From positions 1 to 49,775 of the forward strand of contig CAOJEC010000004.1 of the NCBI GenBank assembly GCA_948433885.1: a stretch of DNA of 49,775 nt, given 5' to 3'. Origin of the DNA: an uncultured bacterium. Lineage in GTDB: Bacteria > Bacillota_I > Bacilli_A > RF39 > UBA660. The notes beneath the pieces are model-generated. The model saw only the letters and a program-made list of their open reading frames with translations. It had not been told where the DNA came from and made no database searches. A program made the position numbers and the translations under genes. Positions within the stretch are counted from its first letter, which is position 1. Every line of letters starts with the position of its first letter. This document shows positions 28,637 to 38,355 of this stretch, piece after piece.

Positions 28637-29608
28637 GTGACTAAGATGAAGATTAATTTTAGGAAGATAGAGACCACGATTCCAGAGAACGTATTTATTT
28701 CTCATATTGATGGATTAATTGGCAAAGTTAAGAATGTTACACTTGAGGGAAAGTTTCATAATATGAAAGTCTATGAGATTGAAGATACTATGTTTGTGCT
28801 TGTACAATTTGTTGATTGTAGTGGAACAATTCCTGCAGTATTTGTTGGTAATAGAAATAATGAGTTTAAATCATTTGTAGAGGGTATCATTATGAATACT
28901 GACTATAGAATTAGTGGCAATGTTTCTTTACTGAATGATGATTTGTTAGATGAAGTTCTACCATTCCAGGATGAGATTACAGGAAACAAGATTTTTTGTA
29001 TTACTGCATTACAAGATTTAAGAAGTATCAGATTGTTTGGTGTTGATATTGTAAAATTATATGATTATGATTTACATAATGCATATGATATTGTTAATGA
29101 TAATACTGATTATTTAAAGGATGTATCCATTGATGAAGTTAAAGATATCAAATTTTCTTGTTATAAAGATGTTATTATTTTATTAAATAATGGCATAGTC
29201 TTATTAAATGGTAAGAACCAGTTATCTAATATAAAGACACTAGGATTAATGAGTGGACTTTCTATCTTTGCATTTAGTAATGATAATGTTATTACTTGTC
29301 TTACTGGAGTATGGGATTCTACTGAATTTATGAATAATAACAATTATAAGTATAAGAAGATAATTATTACACCACTTATAATAGTGGCATTAACTTTTGA
29401 AAAAGATATAAGATTGTTTGGTACCTTATGTGATAATGTTATTGATTATAATAGGTATGTTGGTGTAGATGATATCGGATATGTAAATGAGGAACATGAT
29501 ATTGTCGTTATTAAGGATGGTAAGGTTTATTCTTTATTCCATGAGAATGATTATTCTAATAATAAGCCAAAGGTATTGACTGCTGGAGATTTAATTGAGA
29601 TAGCTTGA
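28637..29608 (+). CDS. Hypothetical OB-fold plus beta-repeat protein (paralog B)
   Basis: GTG after GGAGG; KINFRKIET.IPE..FIS and FSCYKD, NYKYKKIII shared with paralog A. Confidence 0.55.
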   Translation: MTKMKINFRKIETTIPENVFISHIDGLIGKVKNVTLEGKFHNMKVYEIEDTMFVLVQFVDCSGTIPAVFVGNRNNEFKSFVEGIIMNTDYRISGNVSLLNDDLLDEVLPFQDEITGNKIFCITALQDLRSIRLFGVDIVKLYDYDLHNAYDIVNDNTDYLKDVSIDEVKDIKFSCYKDVIILLNNGIVLLNGKNQLSNIKTLGLMSGLSIFAFSNDNVITCLTGVWDSTEFMNNNNYKYKKIIITPLIIVALTFEKDIRLFGTLCDNVIDYNRYVGVDDIGYVNEEHDIVVIKDGKVYSLFHENDYSNNKPKVLTAGDLIEIA

Positions 29609-29798
29609 TTTTTACTTTCTTTTTAAGATAGATTTCACAATCTATCTTTTATTGGCACTAAAATCGTTGCAATTAGTTGTAGAACATGGTTAAACAAAGA
29701 AGAGCTTATATTCTGCTTATATGTTTAACTATCTAAGATATGGTCTTCAATGGGCCAATAATGGGGTTAAATTGTAGCTCTTATTTTTTTACCTAGGG

Positions 29799-29914
29799 GT
29801 GTCAAATTAAACTATTGATTAATTGGACACTCATGTTAAGGGGAAATTATATGTCATTTAAGCGGAAAATAAGCCAAAACTGTCTAATAAATTCAAACAG
29901 GGATTTTTTGGACA
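29799..29914. promoter_or_regulatory. Putative res site of the serine resolvase
   Basis: GTGTCAAATT..AATTGGACAC (29799-29830) and TGTCTAA..TTGGACA (29881-29914) imperfect dyads directly upstream of the resolvase. Confidence 0.55.
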
Positions 29915-29936
29915 CTTGGAGAAAGGATTGATTATT

Positions 29937-30554
29937 GTGGATTCACAGGATAATGACAAATATGGGTATGCTAGGTGTTCTACTCTAGCACAGGATGCGG
30001 AGTATGAGATTAAGGTGTTAATGGATAAAGGAGTTGCTAGGGATCATATCTATATAGAATATGTGTCCGGAGGGAAAACTCGAGATCAGCGAGTTGAGTA
30101 TGACAAATTGATGAAAGTGTTGGAACAAAATCCAGGTAGTGAGTTATATGCTACCGATTTGACCAGAATTGCTCGTAATAACAAAGATGTCTATGAGTTG
30201 GTGGAGTTTATTCAAAAGAACCATTTAAAGCTGGATATAGGTTCTTTTGTGGTATCATGTAAAGATTCTGAGATAGATCCAATTAGTGAAGTTATTATTA
30301 TGGTCTTGGGAATTTTCGCCACCTTCGACCTCAAGCTCAAACACCAACAGATTTTTAATGGTATTCAACAGGCGAAGGCCTCTGGGAAACGTTTAGGTGC
30401 TCCTAATAAAACTAAAGATAAGATAGACGATCAGTTTTATAAGTATTATGCACAATATAAGAATAAGCAAATTAACATTACTGAGCTAGCTAAGCTTTCT
30501 GGTAGATGTAGGCAAACTTGCTATAACCTAATTAAGTTGATAGAAACAAATTAA
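29937..30554 (+). CDS. Small serine recombinase (resolvase/invertase) with C-terminal HTH
   Basis: GYARCST, EYVSGG, DLTRIARN, GKRLGAP, HTH at the end; GTG 29937 after GAAAGGA. Confidence 0.88.
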   Translation: MDSQDNDKYGYARCSTLAQDAEYEIKVLMDKGVARDHIYIEYVSGGKTRDQRVEYDKLMKVLEQNPGSELYATDLTRIARNNKDVYELVEFIQKNHLKLDIGSFVVSCKDSEIDPISEVIIMVLGIFATFDLKLKHQQIFNGIQQAKASGKRLGAPNKTKDKIDDQFYKYYAQYKNKQINITELAKLSGRCRQTCYNLIKLIETN

Positions 30555-30582
30555 GAAGCTACTTTTTGATGGTAGCTTCTTT
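30554..30582. terminator. Bidirectional terminator between convergent genes
   Basis: AAGAAGCTAC / GTAGCTTCTT. Confidence 0.65.
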
Positions 30583-31961
30583 TAATTGATTTCTTTCTTT
30601 TGTTTGTTTCTAGATCTGTTTACTCGTTCTCTATTTAATGCTGCTTTGTGTTTTTCAAAACATTTATCACATAAATATCCTCCTGTTTCAATAGGATGAG
30701 CACTTTTATCTATTTGTTTTTGACAAGCATTGCAATATGGTATTGGAGAATTTATTTGTAAATTGCCTAAATAGTCATGATAAAATGTGTCCCAAGCAGC
30801 AATTGCAATACTCTCATATTCTGTTACATTTCTAAAGACTGTATTGTAATTTTTTGTATATGGAGTCTTTTTTTTATTTATTTCTAATTTCAAACTTCCA
30901 ATTGAGTTAAAGTTATTCATTATATAATTGTTATATTTGTCTGCTTGTTCAATCAAGTCTATTATATCTCTAGCCCATGATCCCATAGTTGACTTTAAAA
31001 ACTCTAAGTCCTTTTGTTTATCATCATTGATTTTTTTTAAAGTAGTGTATTCTTCCCATAGACTATACAATAAATACATTACAATACTTATAGTAATAAG
31101 TCCATTAACTGATATTGTATTATTAGCATATTCTTGTAAGCTATATGAATTTGATTCTGGGGCATTCTCTTTCCATTGAGGTATTATTAACTGTCCATCA
31201 GTAATGATCATGCTTTTAGTATATTCAGCAATTTTTTTGCGTTCAGTCCAGAATGGCATTCCAAATTCTTTACACCAATTTATTATTGCTTCAGATATCT
31301 TTATTGCTTCCTTATTATCTGTTCCATTTCCATTTATTAATATTCTGTCAAATAAATACTTTATAGTAAATGGGATATACTGCATTTTACTTATAAGTGA
31401 TCTACAATTGCACTCATCTACAATGTCTAAAATTTTACTTAATATAGTATTATAAGCTCTATTTATATCTTCTAGAGACTTTGATTTTTCTCCAAAACTT
31501 TCATAGTAATCCATTGTGGCTTTATCAATATCACATTTTATCTGAATGGGTATGTATATTAATTCATTTGGAGAAATTTTTTTGTATTTCTTAAGCAAAT
31601 TAAATGCTTCTTTATAAAATTCAAACATTGAAAGATAATGTGAGTGATTTTTGTCTGTTATTGATTTGAATTCGTTAATATAGTCCTTAATTTTTTTATT
31701 AATAGTTTTTTTATCTTTTGGATTGTCAATTTTGATTGTCATATCAACATTATATATTGAATATTTTTCTTCTGCTTCTTTGATAATTTCATATAACGAT
31801 TTTCCTAGTTCACAAGTTTGTTTAACTAGATAATGAGTATTGAATTTTTTATCAATTACACTTTCACTTTTATAACCAGTTAACAATATATTTTCCATAT
31901 CAATACTTAAATTATATTTTTTATATTTTTTTACACTTTTTATCAAAACAATTGATTCCAT
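30582..31961 (-). CDS. Hypothetical protein with C-terminal Zn finger
   Basis: YCNAC...LCDKC followed by a basic tail RERVNRSRNKQKK. Confidence 0.6.
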   Translation of the reverse strand: MESIVLIKSVKKYKKYNLSIDMENILLTGYKSESVIDKKFNTHYLVKQTCELGKSLYEIIKEAEEKYSIYNVDMTIKIDNPKDKKTINKKIKDYINEFKSITDKNHSHYLSMFEFYKEAFNLLKKYKKISPNELIYIPIQIKCDIDKATMDYYESFGEKSKSLEDINRAYNTILSKILDIVDECNCRSLISKMQYIPFTIKYLFDRILINGNGTDNKEAIKISEAIINWCKEFGMPFWTERKKIAEYTKSMIITDGQLIIPQWKENAPESNSYSLQEYANNTISVNGLITISIVMYLLYSLWEEYTTLKKINDDKQKDLEFLKSTMGSWARDIIDLIEQADKYNNYIMNNFNSIGSLKLEINKKKTPYTKNYNTVFRNVTEYESIAIAAWDTFYHDYLGNLQINSPIPYCNACQKQIDKSAHPIETGGYLCDKCFEKHKAALNRERVNRSRNKQKKEIN

Positions 31962-32121
31962 AAGGGCTTAAGCTCCTTTCTTTTTTGCTCAAAATAATTA
32001 TGTAATGCTATTGTAATGCTTATTTTTATTGTTTGTCAATAGGTCATGAGATAATTTTCTTGTCAAGCACCAATGCTGCGCAGCTTTATGCTTGTAATAA
32101 AAAATTAAGGAGGTTGAATTT

Positions 32122-32610
32122 ATGATAGATGATAAATTCATAGTCGATGGTAATGACTTTAAATATTTACCTTTAAAAGTAGCTTACTATGCTAGATCTT
32201 TAGGATCCAACCATGATAAAAGACTTAAAGGAAAAATTTGCTTGATAGAGTTTTATGTTAAAGCGGAAACAACCTGGAATTTAGTTGTTGGATACGAAGA
32301 TAATAATTGCTCTAGTCAATATATAGGTGAACAATTTGAACTAGAAGAATTGTTAGAGGATGCGGATAATCCTATATTTGATTTAATAGTTGTTGATAGC
32401 TTTTCTCAAATTTCAAGAAATAAAGAATATATCAATTACTTGTTAGAAGATGAAGCACTTAAAGTCCCAGTGTTCTGTATAGACACTGAAACAATAATAA
32501 GTAGTAATCCGAAAAATTTAAAAGATACCTTATTTTATGATGACAAAGTAAGTGTAAGTGATTACTATATACATCCAAATAATGAGGTGTGCAATGAAAA
32601 TTCAAAATAG
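32122..32610 (+). CDS. Degenerate serine-recombinase catalytic-domain homolog
   Basis: KVAYYARSL..WNLVVGYED..S..LEELLEDA...FDLIVVDSFSQISRN; the catalytic Ser position is Leu. Confidence 0.55.
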   Translation: MIDDKFIVDGNDFKYLPLKVAYYARSLGSNHDKRLKGKICLIEFYVKAETTWNLVVGYEDNNCSSQYIGEQFELEELLEDADNPIFDLIVVDSFSQISRNKEYINYLLEDEALKVPVFCIDTETIISSNPKNLKDTLFYDDKVSVSDYYIHPNNEVCNENSK

Positions 32611-33760
32611 ATTCAAGAAAGATAGGTTTATGACTGTGCACGATCAGTTTGTACTAGATTTGTACAAATTAAATACTGCCTTACCTCGATTCACTCTTAG
32701 AGAGAAGATAATTAATGGTGAAAAGTATCTTATTAACTCATTTGTTGAGAAGAATAAATACGAAGTTGGGATAGCAGTTAAAATTCCTAGAGAGTTGATT
32801 TCTATAGGTGTAAATCTTGATAGGTTTACTCATCCTGTTGAAGATGAGTATTCTAGGTTTTATGAATCTATGAAAGAGAGATTACAATTCTCTGAAGCTG
32901 AAATATTAGTAACAAATATTCTATTCAGTAAGTATTTAAGTGAGTATTATGCTATTAATCAAATCTCATTTAAGGATATTGAGAGATATCGTAGTAAGTC
33001 ATCATCTAAGCGAAATATTGTTTTAAATGAAGATACTTTTAAGAGATATAAACATATAATTGATAGTTTATGTGCTAAGACAATTTACCTTAAGACAGGT
33101 GATGTTAGACATCCTACATTTGGTGTTAATAATCGAAATATAATGCAACCATTTCTAGTAGTTACTTCTAGATGTATGACTGGCGTAACCAATATGCAAT
33201 TTAATTATTCTTTTGGAAACTTTGGGAAGTTTATTAAACGTTCTAGAAGATATTCTAACAATTTACCAAACATAGCCTATAGTTATAATTTTAAGCAAGC
33301 TAAGAAACATTGCACAGCTATATATGTTGCACAGGAAGTATTTTGGCAAAATTATAGGATTAAGAAGAGAGCTAAGAAGTTTGCTCCACCTGGTGAATTT
33401 GATTTCATTATAGAAGTAATGCCAATTTGTGAGTGGGTTTATGGTAGATATAACATTACTACAAAGGAATATAGACTTGTTCTAGGTTACATTGAAGATG
33501 TACTAAAGATGTTACAAGCTACTGGTGAGATTGGGGAATATGTTGTTTCTGAAAAGATTACTAGAAAAAAGCATACAACTTTCAATGTTAAAACTACCTT
33601 ACAAAAGTTATATGCTAATGGTCTAAATGAGGGTGCAAAACTTTTATTAGGATCAGCTCACTATGAGAATGATTTAGATGCAGATTGTACACCTTCAAGT
33701 ATTTCCTCAATGGTTGTTTTGAATTTAGGACAACATAAAGTTGAGACAGAAAATACATAA
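32594..33760 (+). CDS. Hypothetical protein (candidate replication initiator by position)
   Basis: Basic ~390-aa ORF directly before the helicase-like gene; no motif recognised. Confidence 0.5.
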   Translation: MKIQNRFKKDRFMTVHDQFVLDLYKLNTALPRFTLREKIINGEKYLINSFVEKNKYEVGIAVKIPRELISIGVNLDRFTHPVEDEYSRFYESMKERLQFSEAEILVTNILFSKYLSEYYAINQISFKDIERYRSKSSSKRNIVLNEDTFKRYKHIIDSLCAKTIYLKTGDVRHPTFGVNNRNIMQPFLVVTSRCMTGVTNMQFNYSFGNFGKFIKRSRRYSNNLPNIAYSYNFKQAKKHCTAIYVAQEVFWQNYRIKKRAKKFAPPGEFDFIIEVMPICEWVYGRYNITTKEYRLVLGYIEDVLKMLQATGEIGEYVVSEKITRKKHTTFNVKTTLQKLYANGLNEGAKLLLGSAHYENDLDADCTPSSISSMVVLNLGQHKVETENT

Positions 33761-33838
33761 AGTTAAGTCATTATTGTGGCTGTAAAGTTAAGAAAATAAA
33801 GGGGTTGTGCTCTTTATATAAGAGCTTATAAGAAAGGG

Positions 33839-35341
33839 ATGATTTATATGAATAAAGTACCAGAAATCAGCAAAGGATTGTTGAAGATTCTTAATTCTCC
33901 ATGGGATAATAAAGAATTAATTAATTATATACAAGACTTATTTAAAGCAAAAGTTTTAAGTAAGGATGAGATAATACTCTGTAAAAATATAATAGAGCAG
34001 GTTGAAGTCAAAAGTAGTGTAAGTATTAGCAGCGCATTTGCAGAATTAAAAATTTATTGTAATTGGGAACGCGATGCTCGTTATGAAAAGAAAGACTTGC
34101 AGTTTGTATCAGACTATTATCTTGGAGGAAGAATCGAGAGCCAACTAAAGGAACAAGCAAGAGTTGCTTTTAAAAATTCAGGTGACAAAGTATTTAACGG
34201 AACCGATACATCGTTATTCTTTAATAGATATACTGATGTAATAGGTGTTAAGCAAGAGACAACACTTGAGGATTTCTTAAGTCCATTTGATAAAGTTTCT
34301 ATTGAAGAAAATAATTTAGTATTAACTTGTGAATCTATTGATAAACTTCTCAATGGTGGTCTTATGGGAGGACAGGTTACTACTATTCTTGGGGATTTGG
34401 GTGTAGCGAAAAGTTTATGGAGTTTAAATATTGCTTATAATGCTATCTCAGAGGGGAAGAATGTTCTTTACTTCTCACTTGGATTAAGTAAACAAGAGCT
34501 CAATAAGAGATTTATATTAAGGCATTCATATGATCTTAAGTTTGAAAATGAACTTATTTATGATGAAGAAGAACCCTGTGATAAAGAATTATTAGAAGAG
34601 GTATGCAAAAACTTTTACAATAACTTATCTGGTAATTTAATAGTTTTTGATGAATCTTATTTTGATATTAGTACAGCACGTAGTTTACTAAAATTATTTG
34701 CAGTTGCTGAACGTGATTTTCAAAAGGTAACTCAACATGGCATTGATTTAGTAATTATAGATGACTTTACCTATATGAAACTGGACAATGGCTTAAAGTT
34801 GATAACTACTAAAAGTAAGATTCAAGATGAATACTATTGTTTTCTTAGAAATCAAAGCAAGAATTTACTTGGTATGAAAAGGATGATACCTATCGTGGTT
34901 ACATATAGTATCGATAAGAAATATTATAGTTATTTCAACGAAAATGATACATTTGGACAATTTATGATTCCTGAAATTATAGAGTCTTTAAGTGATAATG
35001 TATTGGCTATACGCTTGGATAATAGTCAACAATTGAAAATTACATTAGCAAAGCCTCATGCTAAAGGCGACGAAGATTATTGCTTTGAACCTATTGATGC
35101 ATGTATTCAAAATTGGTATTTGGGATACAACAACGAGGATGAGACTCTACGGGTTCGTAGGATGGGTTTAGTAAAAGACGAAGATTCTGAAGAACCTGAA
35201 GAGTTTGGTAGTATTTCCACAGCAAAGGTTACTAATGGATTTATGGATAAGGAAACAATTAAAGCTCTAATGATGGGCAAAGATATTGAAAATACATCTA
35301 AAGATGTTGAGGGATCTGATTCATCAGATAGCGAAAACTAA
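33839..35341 (+). CDS. DnaB/RecA-fold helicase-like protein
   Basis: IDKLLNGGLMGGQVTTILGDLGVAKS (variant Walker A), VLYFSL, LVIIDD (Walker B). Confidence 0.65.
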   Translation: MIYMNKVPEISKGLLKILNSPWDNKELINYIQDLFKAKVLSKDEIILCKNIIEQVEVKSSVSISSAFAELKIYCNWERDARYEKKDLQFVSDYYLGGRIESQLKEQARVAFKNSGDKVFNGTDTSLFFNRYTDVIGVKQETTLEDFLSPFDKVSIEENNLVLTCESIDKLLNGGLMGGQVTTILGDLGVAKSLWSLNIAYNAISEGKNVLYFSLGLSKQELNKRFILRHSYDLKFENELIYDEEEPCDKELLEEVCKNFYNNLSGNLIVFDESYFDISTARSLLKLFAVAERDFQKVTQHGIDLVIIDDFTYMKLDNGLKLITTKSKIQDEYYCFLRNQSKNLLGMKRMIPIVVTYSIDKKYYSYFNENDTFGQFMIPEIIESLSDNVLAIRLDNSQQLKITLAKPHAKGDEDYCFEPIDACIQNWYLGYNNEDETLRVRRMGLVKDEDSEEPEEFGSISTAKVTNGFMDKETIKALMMGKDIENTSKDVEGSDSSDSEN

Positions 35342-35484
35342 TATTAATAGGTTGACTTTAAGACCTATTTAAGTGATATATGTAAAGAATTTTAACTAGT
35401 TTTAGCTGGTTAGCACTCAAAAATAATCCAATAGGGTTGCTGGTGATTTTGCAGCAACTATGAATGAAGAAAGGGTGATTTATA

Positions 35485-35814
35485 ATGGATTATGATATGT
35501 TAAATATACAAAAAGAAGTAACTAATAAAAGGGGGTTGGATTATATCCAAGCAAGTGATAAGAAAGATATGGATTATGTGGAAATGTTAGAGTTAATATC
35601 TAAAGTATGGATAGATGCTGACGATATAATGAGGTTGGCGCAATGCGGAAAACATAGTGCAACTAATATAAGGAATGAAATCGAGGAGCAGATAATAGCA
35701 AGTGGTAAGAATGTTCCAACAGGAGCTCGCAAATGTGTTCCTACGAAGTTAGTTCTTGAATATTTAGGACTAGATATTGATTTCATTTGTAGTATGGCGG
35801 AAAGGTTAGCTTAA
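35485..35814 (+). CDS. Putative excisionase/DNA-binding protein
   Basis: Immediately upstream of the integrase; homologous to 39336-39572 (W.D.DD.M.LA..GK..A..(I/L)R.EI). Confidence 0.55.
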   Translation: MDYDMLNIQKEVTNKRGLDYIQASDKKDMDYVEMLELISKVWIDADDIMRLAQCGKHSATNIRNEIEEQIIASGKNVPTGARKCVPTKLVLEYLGLDIDFICSMAERLA

Positions 35815-35825
35815 GGTGATGTGGT

Positions 35826-36941
35826 GTGTCTGTTAGAAAAGTTAATGAAAAAGAATGGACTAAAGATGGTCGTAAATATGTGTATGAGGGATGGTATAAA
35901 GATGCCTTTGGCAAGAGAAAACCTTACAAGTCAAGAAAATATCTTACTAGAAAAGAAGCAGTACAGGAAGAAAGAGTTTTTCTTTCTTCTCTTGAAACTG
36001 TAGTTAAGATGGAAGATATTACGTTCAAAGAATTGTGTGATAAACATTTTGATTATAAGCAAAATGCCAAAAAGGTTAAGGTTACTACATTGCGTAATTA
36101 TAATAAAAGACAACAACATTTAGAAATATTTAATGATGTTAAGCTAAGTAAATTAAGTATAGCGCAGTTCGATGAATGGAAGAAGATGATGAACGAAACA
36201 ACTATGGAGACTTCTACTAAAAATGATTTATACAAATACTTTAGAAGCGTTCTTCATTTTGGAACTAATCGTTATAATTACAATTTTACAGAATTACTCA
36301 ATATGATGAATAATTTTGATGATCCTAATGAGAGTCCAAAAGAGATGGAGTTTTGGACGAAAGCAGAATTTGATAAATTTATCTCTGTTGAAACTGATCT
36401 TCAATTTAGAGCAGCATTTGAAACATTGTACTATTGTGGATTGCGATCCGGGGAACTTAGGGGACTTACTTGGTACGACATAAATTTTGAAACCAAAGAA
36501 TTGTCAGTAAATAAGAATATAACTGTTAATTTAGATGGTAAGAAATATGTTATAACAACGCCTAAGACAAAAAGTAGTAAAAGAAAACTTACGATGCCAG
36601 ATATACTAGTAGAAGATTTAAAAAAGTTAAGAAAAATGCAAAATAATTATTGTGAATTTAATAATAATTGGTTTGTATTTGGTTCTTATGAACCATTAGG
36701 AAAATCTAGGCTAAGAGACAGAAAGAATAAGAACTGTAAATTAGCTGGAGTAAAGCAAATAAGAATTCATGATTTTAGACATAGTTGTGCGTCCTTGTTA
36801 ATCAATAATGGGGCTAACGTAACAATTGTTGCTCATTATCTAGGTCATACAAAAATAGATGAAACTTTAAATACTTACACTCATATGTTTAAAGATAAAG
36901 CAGAAGAAGTTACAAGAATGATAAATCAGTTAAACAGGTAG
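35826..36941 (+). CDS. int: Tyrosine integrase (element 1)
   Basis: GLRSGE (R), TPKT (K), IHDFRH, LGH, TYTH (Y); N-terminal arm-binding domain. Confidence 0.92.
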   Translation: MSVRKVNEKEWTKDGRKYVYEGWYKDAFGKRKPYKSRKYLTRKEAVQEERVFLSSLETVVKMEDITFKELCDKHFDYKQNAKKVKVTTLRNYNKRQQHLEIFNDVKLSKLSIAQFDEWKKMMNETTMETSTKNDLYKYFRSVLHFGTNRYNYNFTELLNMMNNFDDPNESPKEMEFWTKAEFDKFISVETDLQFRAAFETLYYCGLRSGELRGLTWYDINFETKELSVNKNITVNLDGKKYVITTPKTKSSKRKLTMPDILVEDLKKLRKMQNNYCEFNNNWFVFGSYEPLGKSRLRDRKNKNCKLAGVKQIRIHDFRHSCASLLINNGANVTIVAHYLGHTKIDETLNTYTHMFKDKAEEVTRMINQLNR

Positions 36942-37016
36942 ATTTATTGTTCTTTTTTTGTTATAATGAGTGTATGTTAATCAACAAGAAGTATTATGAT
37001 TTTTCAGGTGATGGTT

Positions 37017-37078
37017 TAGGCGACAACTTAGGCGACTAGATAAGTAAAAATGTGTGCATTTTGATGAATTTAGGCGAC
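37017..37078 (+). repeat. Integrase arm-type repeats (right end of element 1)
   Basis: TAGGCGAC at 37017, 37029 and 37071, same orientation as at 19321. Confidence 0.7.
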
Positions 37079-37151
37079 AATTGAATTTGTGTTTTGCCCA
37101 TAAATAAAGGTATGAGCAAGACGGTGGAGTCCTTAACAGCCACCCCCTGAA

Positions 37152-37184
37152 ATCCCAGCCGAAAGGCTGGGATACTTTGTTTTT
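37152..37184 (+). terminator. Terminator immediately after the second core copy
   Basis: ATCCCAGCC-GAAA-GGCTGGGAT plus T-rich tail. Confidence 0.75.
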
Positions 37185-37214
37185 AAGGGCTCCAAGCCAT
37201 TTTGTATATGTATT

Positions 37215-37235
37215 AGGTACCCAAATAGGTACCCA
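37215..37235 (+). repeat. AGGTACCCA direct repeat pair (arm-type sites of element 2)
   Basis: Copies at 37215 and 37227, just past the int2 stop. Confidence 0.6.
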
Positions 37236-37237
37236 TT

Positions 37238-38353
37238 TTAATTTAAATTGTCGATAATGTTTATTATTTCATTCATTTGATTTTTAAATAGGTGAGAATA
37301 TGTGTTTAATGTCTCATCTATTTTTGTATGTCCTAGATATTTTGCAACTACATTTATTGTTGCGCCACTATTAATTAAAAGTGATGCACAACTATGCCTA
37401 AAATCGTGAATTCTAATTTGTTTAACTTCTGCTAACTCACAATTTTTATTTTTCCTACATCTTATTTTACCATTTGTAATAGGTTCAGTATCTCCAAAAA
37501 CATACCAACTATTGTTAAATCCATAATGATTATTAGAAACCCTATATAATTCCTTTAAGTCATCTAATAAAACTTTAGATATTGGAATATTTCTAACACT
37601 TGACTTTGTTTTAGGGGTAGTAACCATATAAGATTTATCTTCATCTCCTCTAGTTGCTACAACATTTTTATTTACACTTAAATAACTATTTTTAAAATCA
37701 ATGTCATTCCAAGTAAGCCCACGAAGTTCACCACGCCTTAAACCACAATAATATAAAGTCTCATACATAGTTTTATACAATATGTTATCTTCTACGGAAA
37801 TAAACTTTTTAAATTCATCATAAGTAAAAAATAACATTTCTTTTGGAATTTCGTTTGGATTAGTAAAATTAGTCATTTTATTGTAAGTTGCAGTGAAATT
37901 AAAATTGTACCATTTAGTGGCATAGTTTAATAATTCTTTAAAGAATTTAAATAGATGATTTTTATGATTCGTTGTATAACCATAAGAATTAATCTCTTTC
38001 TTCCATTTTTCAAAGTGTTCTATATTAAAATCCTTTAGTTTTACATTTTCTAGATTTTTAAAGAATTTTTGTCTATCTCTATAAGTCTTTAAAGTAGTGA
38101 ATTTTACTTTATCTTCTTTATAGGCATAGAAGAGAGTATATAAATCTTTAAAAGTCATATTACGATCTTTATCTGCTCGTTCAGTATTGGTTGTTAGAAA
38201 CTCTCTTTCGGCTTTTAATGCCTCTGGTTTCGTAAAAAACTTCTTTGACTTATATTTTCTTCTAGTTCCATCTAAATTCTTTATATAGTCATAAAATATC
38301 CATTTGCGCCCATCTTTTGTCCAGTCTTGCCTTTCTAATTGTTTAACTGCCAT
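37238..38353 (-). CDS. int: Tyrosine integrase (element 2)
   Basis: GLRRGE, TPKT, IHDFRH, LGH, TYSH; closely related to int at 35826. Confidence 0.92.
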   Translation of the reverse strand: MAVKQLERQDWTKDGRKWIFYDYIKNLDGTRRKYKSKKFFTKPEALKAEREFLTTNTERADKDRNMTFKDLYTLFYAYKEDKVKFTTLKTYRDRQKFFKNLENVKLKDFNIEHFEKWKKEINSYGYTTNHKNHLFKFFKELLNYATKWYNFNFTATYNKMTNFTNPNEIPKEMLFFTYDEFKKFISVEDNILYKTMYETLYYCGLRRGELRGLTWNDIDFKNSYLSVNKNVVATRGDEDKSYMVTTPKTKSSVRNIPISKVLLDDLKELYRVSNNHYGFNNSWYVFGDTEPITNGKIRCRKNKNCELAEVKQIRIHDFRHSCASLLINSGATINVVAKYLGHTKIDETLNTYSHLFKNQMNEIINIIDNLN

Positions 38354-38355
38354 AA

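Larger units (their letters stand above)
19228..37151. mobile_element. Integrative element 1 (~17.9 kb, tyrosine integrase at right end)
   Basis: Direct repeat ACCCCCTGAA at 19228-19237 and 37142-37151; TAGGCGAC arm-type repeats inside both ends; int/xis/helicase at right end; composition shift. Confidence 0.75.

Noticed and set aside
29795-29800. GGGG as a Tn3 terminal inverted repeat
   Set aside because: No 38-bp Tn3-type IR continuation, no partner end and no transposase.
32060-32095. GC-rich palindrome GCTGCGCAGC upstream of 32122 as an oriT
   Set aside because: No relaxase is present and it matches no nic consensus I recognise; too short to support.
37112-37151. tRNA or tmRNA gene at the att core
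   Set aside because: No cloverleaf, TTCRA T-loop or CCA end could be built at either core copy.
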